A stretch of 64,000 bases of DNA from an uncultured Deferribacteres bacterium (GTDB taxonomy: Bacteria > Zhuqueibacterota > Zhuqueibacteria > Zhuqueibacterales > Geothermadaptataceae). Where the stretch lies: positions 1,764 through 65,763 of the forward strand of contig CAXHAT010000007.1 in assembly GCA_964014485.1 (NCBI GenBank), written 5' to 3'. Every line of letters starts with the position of its first letter. The stretch's first letter is position 1. A program made the translations under genes and the position numbers. Positions 47,801 through 55,889 of this stretch are shown here, piece by piece. The notes beneath the pieces were generated by a model, which was given only the letters and a program-made list of their open reading frames with translations, was not told where the DNA came from and did not search any database.

Positions 47801-48439
47801 TTACAACGATAGCTGCGGTTCCAGAAGCACTACTTCAAACAATTTCAGAAAAATACCGACATGTATGCCGTCCACTAGCGCATGATGCACTTCCACGGAA
47901 ACCGGCATTTTCATGCGGCCTTCTTTTTTGGCGTATTTCCCAAAGGCGATTCTTGGGATTGAGTCTTTTGTACCGAACTTTTTCGCATGTTTAAAACTGG
48001 TAAAGCTCATCCAGGGAAGCACGGTGTAATAAATTACGTCGGTTTTGTCGTCTTGCGAAGCGAGCGGTTGTTTTTCCGTTTTGAATTGGTGTAAAAGTTC
48101 TTCCGCCTCTCGGTAAAATTCCGAGAAATCTTCCCAAAATTGAAAATAGCAAAAACCGAACGATTTGTCTTCGTGCAGCACCGTGGACGCCGGATGAATC
48201 CGATCATGCACCAGCACTTTATCGTCGTGCAAGCGATAGCGGAATTCCTTCACCTTGTTTGCCGCTTTAGTCGCGAGATAAAGCGTGGTTAGGAAAAACG
48301 AAAATCCGCGCTCACGGGTGAATTTCAGCGTTTCCGTCACATCCACTTCAGCGCAGATATTGAAAAAGGGATCGTCAAAATCTTTGAAAAAATGAAAATG
48401 ATCCTTGCGCTCCCAGCGCTCAATGTTCAAATATTCCAC
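47801..48439 (-). CDS. Type A chloramphenicol acetyltransferase (CAT)-family protein
   Basis: The N-terminus W.RK.HF..F, the length of 212 aa, and the catalytic-His motif VEVHHALVDGIHVG. Confidence 0.8.
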   Translation of the reverse strand: MEYLNIERWERKDHFHFFKDFDDPFFNICAEVDVTETLKFTRERGFSFFLTTLYLATKAANKVKEFRYRLHDDKVLVHDRIHPASTVLHEDKSFGFCYFQFWEDFSEFYREAEELLHQFKTEKQPLASQDDKTDVIYYTVLPWMSFTSFKHAKKFGTKDSIPRIAFGKYAKKEGRMKMPVSVEVHHALVDGIHVGIFLKLFEVVLLEPQLSL

Positions 48440-48462
48440 TGGCGTTCAAAAGTCAAACATCG

Positions 48463-48560
48463 TGGAGTATTGGAATACTGGATTGTTGGAGTAATCGGGG
48501 AAAAGGGCCATGACCCCAGAGTTTCAATAATCCACGATTCCAATATTCCATAACTCCAAT
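48463..48560. repeat. Family D palindromic repeat, copy 3
   Basis: GGAGTATTGGAATACTGGATTGTTGGAGTAATCGGGG ... CCCCAGAGTTTCAATAATCCACGATTCCAATATTCCATAACTCC. Confidence 0.6.
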
Positions 48561-50092
48561 CAAGTATACTGCTCCGGCCGCATTTGGGGGAAGAAAAGCA
48601 CGTCGCGGATGGACGGCTGATCGGTGAACAGCATGACCAAACGATCGATGCCGACGCCGAGTCCCGCCGTTGGCGGCATGCCGAATTCGAGCGCGCGCAA
48701 GAAGTCTTCGTCCAATGGCTGCGCCTCGTCGTCGCCGCGATCCTTGAGCGCCACTTGCGCCATAAATCGCTCGCGTTGATCGATGGGATCGTTGAGCTCG
48801 GTAAAAGCGTTGCCCATTTCCTTGCCGGCGATAAACGGCTCGAAGCGCTCGACCAATCCCGGCTTATCGCGATGCTTTTTAGCCAGCGGCGAGAGCGAAA
48901 GCGGGTGGTCGGTGATAAAGGTCGGCTGAATCAGTTTCGGCTCGACCAATTCGCTAAAAATTTCATCAATAATTTTGCCTTCGCCCCAGGTTTTGTCGAC
49001 GTGAATATCCAGCTTCTTGGCAATCGCGGTCAGCTCCTCCAGATTTTTTTCGTAGAGATCGTAGCCGGTTTCCTTTTCAATCGCCTCCAGCAGCGGCACG
49101 CGCGGCCACGGCGGAGAAAGATCGATTTCATGACCCTGAAAATTGACTTTGTAGTTGCCGTAAATGTCCTGTGCGATTTTGCCGAACATCTTCTCGACCA
49201 TGTCCATCAGATAATGGTAATCCTGGTAGGCGACGTAGACCTCCATCATCGTGAACTCAGGGTTGTGGAAACGATCCATGCCTTCATTGCGAAAATCCTT
49301 CGCGAATTCAAACACGCCGTCGTAGCCGCCGACGATGAGGCGTTTGAGATAAAGCTCGTCCGCGATGCGCAGGTAGAGCTCCATATCCAAAGTGTTGTGG
49401 TGCGTGATGAATGGACGCGCCGCGGCGCCGCCGTAAAGCGGTTGTAAAATCGGCGTTTCCACTTCGAGAAAACTGCGCCCTAAAAGAAATTCTCTCATGC
49501 TGCGAATAACCTGGCTGCGTTTTTCAAAAACTTCGCGCACTTGCGGATTGACGATGAGATCAACGTAACGCTGGCGGTAGCGCATTTCCTTATCCGCGAA
49601 AGCGTCGAACACGACTTTTTTGCCGCCCTCGACTTTTTCTTTTACGATGGGGATCGGGCGCAGGGTTTTGGAGAGCATGGTGAAGGAGTTCGCCGCAATC
49701 GTCACCTCGCCGGTGCGCGTTTTGGTAACTTGCCCGCTCACGCCGACGAGATCGCCGATGTCCGCAAGGCCAAAAACGGCGTAGTCTTGCTCGCTCAGAG
49801 ATTTGATGTTGACGTAAATCTGCAATCGCCCCTTGCTGTCTTCGATGTGGGCAAACGAAGCTTTGCCCATTTTGCGCAGCGACATCAAACGCCCGGCAAC
49901 GGTCGCTTCATTGTTTTCAAACTCTTCAAAATTTTCGATGATTTCTGAAGTAAAATGTTCACGCGCAAAGCTCTGCGGATAAGGGTTGACGCCCATTTCT
50001 TGCAGCTTTGCCAATTTCTCGCGCCGCACGCGCATGACTTCGTTGAGTTCTTCGGAGGAAGGATGTGAATGTTCTGTGTTGTGATCGCTCAT
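48560..50092 (-). CDS. lysS: Lysine--tRNA ligase, class II
   Basis: OB-fold N-terminal domain. Class II motifs (FRNEGMDRFHNPEFTMME, GLGVGIDRLVM). Confidence 0.95.
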   Translation of the reverse strand: MSDHNTEHSHPSSEELNEVMRVRREKLAKLQEMGVNPYPQSFAREHFTSEIIENFEEFENNEATVAGRLMSLRKMGKASFAHIEDSKGRLQIYVNIKSLSEQDYAVFGLADIGDLVGVSGQVTKTRTGEVTIAANSFTMLSKTLRPIPIVKEKVEGGKKVVFDAFADKEMRYRQRYVDLIVNPQVREVFEKRSQVIRSMREFLLGRSFLEVETPILQPLYGGAAARPFITHHNTLDMELYLRIADELYLKRLIVGGYDGVFEFAKDFRNEGMDRFHNPEFTMMEVYVAYQDYHYLMDMVEKMFGKIAQDIYGNYKVNFQGHEIDLSPPWPRVPLLEAIEKETGYDLYEKNLEELTAIAKKLDIHVDKTWGEGKIIDEIFSELVEPKLIQPTFITDHPLSLSPLAKKHRDKPGLVERFEPFIAGKEMGNAFTELNDPIDQRERFMAQVALKDRGDDEAQPLDEDFLRALEFGMPPTAGLGVGIDRLVMLFTDQPSIRDVLFFPQMRPEQYT

Positions 50093-50355
50093 TAGCTCAG
50101 ACCCTGATAATAGAAAATTAAAACTTGTGCAAACCTGAATATTTCAGGCTAGGCGAATTCCCGAAATGTCATTCAGGAAGAGGCTATTTGACTCACGCCT
50201 TAAACGGGCAAAATAAATTCATCCTGAATGACGGCTGGGAAAGTTGTTGCCTGGGAAAAATAAAGGCCGGGAATATAATGATTGAAAAAAAGGGATGCAC
50301 GCTAAAATTTAGGGGGTGGGGTAATAAAATTGGAAATATTGAAAGCGGTCTTGCG

Positions 50356-51507
50356 CTATTTTATCCCACTCCCTGAACGATAAATTCGCAGAACGCGCTT
50401 GCCTATGCCGCAAACAACTTCGTATGGAATCGTATCGAGCGCGTCACACATTTCATAGACGGTGATTTCTTCATCACCCTGCCTGCCGAGCAGCACCGAT
50501 TCGTCGCCGACTTTTGCTTGAGAATCCGGCCCCAGATTTAACATGGTCATGTCCATGCAAATCCGCCCGGCAATGGGCGCACGTTTGCCGTTGACCAAGA
50601 CGTCGAAACGATTGGAAAGTTCGCGCCGGTAGCCGTCCGCATAACCGACTGGAATGACGCCGATTTTGGTCTCTTTCGTCGCCCGCCACGTCTGGCCGTA
50701 ACCGACGGTTTCGCCTTTCTTGAGCGTTTTGACTTGAACCAGTTTTGTCCGCCAAGTGAGCGCCGTGCGCAACGGCAAAACTTGAGCAAGCGCGCTGTCC
50801 GGCACATAGCCGTACATGATCAATCCCGGTCGAACGAGGTTAAAATTTGCTTCGGGCATATTGAGCACGGCCCCACTATTGGCGGCGTGAGTGAATTTGA
50901 AGGAAAATCCCATCGCTTTGGCGGTTTCAATGATTTGATGAAACCGTTGCAATTGCAAATTTGCGAACGATTTATCCGCCGCTTCGGAAGTCGCGAAATG
51001 CGTCATCAATCCAACATATTCGAAAGATTGATGCTTTCGCAGTTTGTCGAGAACGGCCGTCGCTTCCCGCCAATCGAAGCCCAGGCGTCCCATTCCCGTA
51101 TCGAATTTGAAGTGAACCGGAACGCGCTGTGAGCGCTCAATGGCAAAGGCCGCCAGTACGTCGGCTTGTTCAAAATGGGAGACTGTGAATTCCAGTTTAT
51201 GATTGGCGAACAATGGAATTTCTTCCGGAGAAAATCCGCCCATTACCTGAATCGGCGCTTCGATTCCCGTGTTCCGTAACGCAGCGCCCTCGAAGCCGTG
51301 AGCGACGGCGAGACGTTTGGCTCCTGCTTGCAGCGCCGTCTTGGCGATTGCCACAGCGCCGTGTCCGTAGCCGTCCGCCTTCACAACGGCGGCAATTTCC
51401 GCCGGATGTACACGCAGCGCTATCTGGCGGAGGTTCTCGTGAATTGCCGACAGGTTGATTTCAGTGATGGAAGGATGGTTCTTAAATTCTGCTCTCGAAG
51501 TTGACAT
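50356..51507 (-). CDS. alr: Alanine racemase
   Basis: PLP-lysine motif AVVKADGYGHG. C-terminal YGQTW...PVGYADGY...GRICMD. Confidence 0.95.
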   Translation of the reverse strand: MSTSRAEFKNHPSITEINLSAIHENLRQIALRVHPAEIAAVVKADGYGHGAVAIAKTALQAGAKRLAVAHGFEGAALRNTGIEAPIQVMGGFSPEEIPLFANHKLEFTVSHFEQADVLAAFAIERSQRVPVHFKFDTGMGRLGFDWREATAVLDKLRKHQSFEYVGLMTHFATSEAADKSFANLQLQRFHQIIETAKAMGFSFKFTHAANSGAVLNMPEANFNLVRPGLIMYGYVPDSALAQVLPLRTALTWRTKLVQVKTLKKGETVGYGQTWRATKETKIGVIPVGYADGYRRELSNRFDVLVNGKRAPIAGRICMDMTMLNLGPDSQAKVGDESVLLGRQGDEEITVYEMCDALDTIPYEVVCGIGKRVLRIYRSGSGIK

Positions 51508-51615
51508 GCTCGCTCTATTAAAAACAGTGGTTTGTAGTGTGAAAATATAAATTGCTTAATGCACAGATTATTCCTGCTCTGTACATCGACCAGAATCAAC
51601 AAAGCGTTTAAATTC

Positions 51616-52479
51616 TCATGATGACAGTTCGCTCATCTGCAATTCCGGTAATTGATTGATGACTTTGAGAAAAGTCTTCGGTTCGGGACGAACGCGGTAA
51701 TTGTCAGAAGTTTCCCAATACACGATTTTTCCTTGAGAATCAGCGATGATGATCGTCGGCAAAACCGTTTCTGATTTGTAACCGAGAATTTGAAATCCTG
51801 CGGGCAAACCGAATTTTTGCTCAATGCCCAATTTACGGGCGGCTGTGTTTTTTTTGTCGACCAGAAACTGTAGCGGCGCGTCAAATTTTTCGGCCAGGCT
51901 GCGCGAATAGCGGTGCGGCTGCGGACTCGCAAGAACGATATTCACGCCTTTTTCAACAATTCGTTTGTATTGCTCGGCAATCTCTTTAATCTGCGCCATG
52001 CAGAGCGGACACCAGTTGCCGCGATAGAAAAGAAATAGTGTCGGGCGTTCAAGCGGAGCGTTAAAATTCACGGGTTTTTCATCGAAAGTTTCCAATTGAA
52101 ACTCCGGTAAAACATCGCCCTGTTTTAGCTTCTTTGCATTTGAATTCAAGGCAGAGTACCAAAACACATAGGCCAGCCAGCCCGCAAGCATAATCGCGCC
52201 GTAATAAATCGGCGTTTGCGATTCCGTGCCGTCTAAAAATATGACGACAGTTGCGAGCGAAACCAAAGTCGTCCAGCCATGCAGCTTTCGTGAAGTGCGT
52301 GCGTTGTCGCCGACGAGCAGCCAGGTGAAAAAAGCAAGAATCGTCAATGAAGAGACGGCTGTTCCGGCCCATGTCAGACGCGCGCCTGAAAAAATGATTT
52401 CTGTTATGCCGTGAAGAAAAAAAGCCAGCGCCAGCATCGTAAAAACGCTGATGAAGATTGATTTGAATAGATTTGTCAT
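51616..52479 (-). CDS. Membrane-anchored thioredoxin-fold redoxin (AhpC/TSA-like)
   Basis: About 110-aa N-terminal region with 4 hydrophobic helices, then a redoxin domain with LFLFYRGNWCPLCMAQ. Confidence 0.7.
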   Translation of the reverse strand: MTNLFKSIFISVFTMLALAFFLHGITEIIFSGARLTWAGTAVSSLTILAFFTWLLVGDNARTSRKLHGWTTLVSLATVVIFLDGTESQTPIYYGAIMLAGWLAYVFWYSALNSNAKKLKQGDVLPEFQLETFDEKPVNFNAPLERPTLFLFYRGNWCPLCMAQIKEIAEQYKRIVEKGVNIVLASPQPHRYSRSLAEKFDAPLQFLVDKKNTAARKLGIEQKFGLPAGFQILGYKSETVLPTIIIADSQGKIVYWETSDNYRVRPEPKTFLKVINQLPELQMSELSS

Positions 52480-52510
52480 GATTGTTATTTCCCTGAGAGT
52501 GTAACAATTA

Positions 52511-52700
52511 CTATAACGTTAAGTTAGCCTCAAAAACTGGCTGATTTCCATTCAGGAGCGCTTCAAAAGCAGCCTGAAGGCTGAACTACAAACGACTGTG
52601 CTTCCCTTACGCTTCAGAATTGGCAGAACGCATTGTCGTTTGTAGTTCAAGCTTAGCTTGTTTTGCTAAACGTTTCGAGGCGGACTTAACGTTGTAGTAC
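52511..52700. repeat. Family B long hairpin repeat, copy 3, with additional outer inverted arms
   Basis: Core GCTGAACTACAAACGACTGTGC...GCATTGTCGTTTGTAGTTCAAGC (52565-52668). Outer arms CTATAACGTTAAGTTAGCCTC / GAGGCGGACTTAACGTTGTAG. Confidence 0.8.
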
Positions 52701-52922
52701 AATGCACCATAGCCATGTTAATTTTTGGAAAAACGCCAAAGCGATTTGCTTCTCAAGCTAAAGCAACATGTAAAAAAGCGCGCTATTCCCAAAATCTCAT
52801 GAGCCGAATTTACGCTCAAGGCGCTCGCTATTCTCAGGTTGCTTGTTCAGGGCAAGCGCGTTATATTACCAAACATTTTGCCTGTTGAACTTCTCATAAA
52901 AGTAAAAGCGTACTCGTTGCGA

Positions 52923-53660
52923 ATGTCGAATCGAACTACAAAAAAAATTGGCGTCTTTCTTCCCGCGTTGTTTTTCGCGCTCTCCAACCTGGCTTACGCC
53001 CAGACGCTGGATGAGATTGTCCAAAAGAATTTAGCTGCACGCGGCGGCTATGAAAAGTTGAAACAATTAAACGCGTTTACTCGAAAAGGGACGATATTTA
53101 TTCCAGGCGCTTCGCTCAATTTTGCATTTACTTCGATCAACATGCGTCCCAACTTCATTCGAGTAGAATCCAGTTTCAATAGTCAAAAAATGATTGAGGC
53201 TTACGACGGCCAGGCCGCTTGGTCGATCAACCCGCTGATGGGATCGACGGAGCCTCGCGTAATGCCGAAAAGCGAAGCGAAATCTTTCCTGGAACAGGCC
53301 GAGTTCGACCATCCGTTTATCGATTATCAATCGCGAAAAATTGCATTGAAATTGACGGGCAAGGAGATTGTTGGAGATCGTGAGGCTTTTTTGATCAGGC
53401 GCAATACCGAAACCCGCGATTTTGACGTTTACTTTGTTGATTCTCAAACATATCAAATCATCCAGAAACGTTCGCGCCGCATTGTTCGCGGACAAACGAT
53501 TGACACGTTGACGCGCTTCAGCGATTTCCGCGAGACCGCTGGACTGGTTAGTCCGCGATTCATCGAAATTGACGGGCCGCAACGGTCGGAAATTACGATA
53601 GAAGAAATCACTTATAACGAAAATCACGGCAAGGAAATTTTTTCGATGCCGACATTCTAA
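52923..53660 (+). CDS. LolA-like outer-membrane-lipoprotein-sorting-fold protein, paralogue 1
   Basis: Signal peptide. Alignable by eye with paralogues 2 and 3 (LDEIVQKNLAARGG.EKLK, DG..AW.I.P.MG, F..PFIDY, FSMP). Confidence 0.6.
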   Translation: MSNRTTKKIGVFLPALFFALSNLAYAQTLDEIVQKNLAARGGYEKLKQLNAFTRKGTIFIPGASLNFAFTSINMRPNFIRVESSFNSQKMIEAYDGQAAWSINPLMGSTEPRVMPKSEAKSFLEQAEFDHPFIDYQSRKIALKLTGKEIVGDREAFLIRRNTETRDFDVYFVDSQTYQIIQKRSRRIVRGQTIDTLTRFSDFRETAGLVSPRFIEIDGPQRSEITIEEITYNENHGKEIFSMPTF

Positions 53661-53683
53661 TTCATATTTTTGAGGAGAGTTCG

Positions 53684-54427
53684 ATGTTAAGAAAAATCTC
53701 AGCTTTTTTGGCGTTTTCACTCTTGGCGTTTTCACTCTTGGCGTTCGCCGCAGTTTTGCAAGCGCAAGACCTTGACGAATTGCTTAAGAAAAACATTGAC
53801 GCCAAAGGCGGACTGGAAAAAATCAAGTCAATAAAAACTTTCCAGATGAACGCCACGATGTCGATGCCGGCGATGGGGATGGAAGCAAAGGTCAAAATGT
53901 ACAATGCGCGCCCAAACAAGATGCGCATGGAAGGCGACATGATGGGACAGCAATTTGTCCAAGCTTCTGACGGCGAAAAGCATTGGTGGATCATGCCGTT
54001 CATGGGGATCATGAGCGCGGCGGAGATTCCAGGCGAACAAGCCAAGCCGATTGAAAACCAGGCGGATTTCGAAGGCCCTTTTATTGACTATAAAAAGAAG
54101 GGTCATAAAATTGAGTTGATCGGCAAAGAGGACGTTGAAGGAACGGAAGCCTATAAGCTGCACGTGACTTACAAGAACGGCTTTGAGACGGACGTTTTCC
54201 TCGATGCGGAGCATTATCTTGAAATTAAGGCCGTCGCAAAAATCAGCGCGCAAGGGATGGAAATTGAGCAAACGACTTATTTTAGCGATTACAAGGAAGT
54301 CGACGGTTTTGTTTACGCGGCGTCGTTCAAGCAAGTCAATCCGCAGATGGAGATTCAATTCACAATCAATGAGATCAAAATCAACGAAGAAATAGACCCG
54401 TCGCTGTTTTCGATGCCGGAAAATTAA
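53684..54427 (+). CDS. LolA-like protein, paralogue 2
   Basis: Signal peptide. Shared blocks with paralogue 3: GPFIDYKKKGHKIELIG, FLDAEHYLEIK. Confidence 0.6.
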   Translation: MLRKISAFLAFSLLAFSLLAFAAVLQAQDLDELLKKNIDAKGGLEKIKSIKTFQMNATMSMPAMGMEAKVKMYNARPNKMRMEGDMMGQQFVQASDGEKHWWIMPFMGIMSAAEIPGEQAKPIENQADFEGPFIDYKKKGHKIELIGKEDVEGTEAYKLHVTYKNGFETDVFLDAEHYLEIKAVAKISAQGMEIEQTTYFSDYKEVDGFVYAASFKQVNPQMEIQFTINEIKINEEIDPSLFSMPEN

Positions 54428-54442
54428 TCCAAATTCAAAATA

Positions 54443-54483
54443 AAAGCGCGTCGCCTGTTTTAATAAGCGACGCGCTTTTTTTG
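54443..54483 (+). terminator. Rho-independent terminator after LolA-like paralogue 2
   Basis: AAAAGCGCGTCGC - loop - GCGACGCGCTTTTTTTTG. Confidence 0.75.
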
Positions 54484-54490
54484 TGTATTT

Positions 54491-54685
54491 TTCACTTGCT
54501 GCCTGACGCTTTTTTGCGAACTCGTGCTAAGTCCCATTGTGTCATTCTGAAAGAATCTTTGTTATCGCCCAGTACGGATTGTGCTCAAAGTTCAAGGGTG
54601 AGACTAAAAAGGATGCTTGCTGCATGACAATTCCGGCCTTTTTCGCCAGCTTTAGAAGCCTATACAAAAAATGTCAGGTAGTGAA
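54491..54685. repeat. Family E-related element, copy upstream of LolA-like paralogue 3
   Basis: Termini TTCACTTGCTGCCTGACGCTTTTTT and AAAAAATGTCAGGTAGTGAA. The interior is about 85% identical by eye to 55572-55776 (TGTCATTCTGAAAGAATCTTTGTTATCGCCCAGTAC...). Confidence 0.75.
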
Positions 54686-54713
54686 ATTTTTTATGAGGTG
54701 GAGGTTTAATTAC

Positions 54714-55445
54714 ATGAAAAAGTTACTGCTGTTTTTTACTGGAGCGCTTCTTGTGGCCGCTCCCGCTTTGTCGCAAGACGTCGACGATATTATCAAAAAG
54801 CACATTGAAGCCTTGGGCGGCGCGGAAAAACTCGCCGGAATCAAAACGATCAAGATTTCCGGCAATATGACGATGGCCATGATGGGGCTGGAAGGCCAAA
54901 TCAGCAGAACCGTCATGCGCCCGAACATGGTTCGCATGGAAATTGACGTCATGGGGCAAACCATCGTCCAGGCTTTTGACGGCGAAGAGGCTTGGCAAAT
55001 TATGCCGTTTATGGGCAACCCGAATCCGGATAAAATGCCGGAAGAGCAAGCCAAGCTGATGACGCGCGACGCCGATCTGGACGGGCCGCTGGTTGACTAT
55101 AAGAAAAAAGGCCACAAAGTTGAATTATTAGGCGAAGATGATTTTGAAGGCACCAAAGTTTACAAGCTCAAGGTCATGCTCAAGAACGGCGCAGAGTATT
55201 TGACGTTTATTGACGCCGAACATCATCTGGAATTGAAGCAAATCACCAAAGTCAAATCGCAGCAGGGCGGCGAGGTTGAAGCAACGGCGGTTTTCGGTGA
55301 TTTCAAGCCGGTGAACGGCGTAATGATGCCGCACGCTATTACGCTCACCGACCCGATGAACGGCTCAATCGAAGTCACGTTTTCCAATGTTGAAGTCAAC
55401 GGCGAGGTTGATGAATCAAAATTCAAGAAGCCCGCTGGAGAATAA
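54714..55445 (+). CDS. LolA-like protein, paralogue 3
   Basis: ATG 54714 is preceded by GAGGTGGAGG. Signal peptide MKKLLLFFTGALLVAAPALS. Shares blocks with paralogue 2. Confidence 0.6.
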   Translation: MKKLLLFFTGALLVAAPALSQDVDDIIKKHIEALGGAEKLAGIKTIKISGNMTMAMMGLEGQISRTVMRPNMVRMEIDVMGQTIVQAFDGEEAWQIMPFMGNPNPDKMPEEQAKLMTRDADLDGPLVDYKKKGHKVELLGEDDFEGTKVYKLKVMLKNGAEYLTFIDAEHHLELKQITKVKSQQGGEVEATAVFGDFKPVNGVMMPHAITLTDPMNGSIEVTFSNVEVNGEVDESKFKKPAGE

Positions 55446-55571
55446 GCCGTTATTTTTGTTTAAGCTTTACCTAACAACCGTCCAGTTTGTCATGCTGAAA
55501 GCATTTTTTTTGCTATCAACGTACGACCTTCGCTCATTACTTGTAATTGCAAAAGATTCTTGGGGAATGAT

Positions 55572-55776
55572 TCTCTATCTGACGCCTTTTTGTAAACTGC
55601 ATTTTCGAGTCGTCGAAAAGCCCCGTTTTGTCATTCTGAAAGAATCTTTGTTATCGCCCAGTACAGAGCATGCTCAAAAGTTCATGGGTCAGGTCAAAAA
55701 AGATGCTTCCAGCATGACAATACCGGCCTTTTTCACCAATTTTAGAAGCCTAAACAAAAAGTGTCGGGTAGTGAAG
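55572..55776. repeat. Family E-related element, copy upstream of the BNR/sortilin-like gene
   Basis: See 54491-54685. The right terminus AAAAAGTGTCGGGTAGTGAA matches the Family E TIR. Confidence 0.75.
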
Positions 55777-55889
55777 GGGAATGACAAACCGACGCCGAAC
55801 ATTTGTGACTTAAAAGCAAGGGAGAGACGAACTTTTCGTTTCTCCCTTTTTCGTACCGGATTGTTTAAAATATTTTGAGGAGTGGAGAA

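Noticed and set aside
50093-50355. Possible lysine riboswitch or T-box leader upstream of lysS
   Set aside because: The 264-nt spacer contains short inverted repeats (GTCATTCAGGA/TCCTGAATGAC, CCTGAA/TTCAGG). I could not find L-box or T-box signature sequences by eye. It would need cmscan against Rfam to decide.
55387-55878. 163-aa ORF spanning the intergenic region before the BNR gene
   Set aside because: It is composed largely of Family E repeat sequence, and its counterpart at 54537-54713 is only an N-terminal extension of the ORF for paralogue 3. A good RBS and signal peptide support the downstream starts instead.
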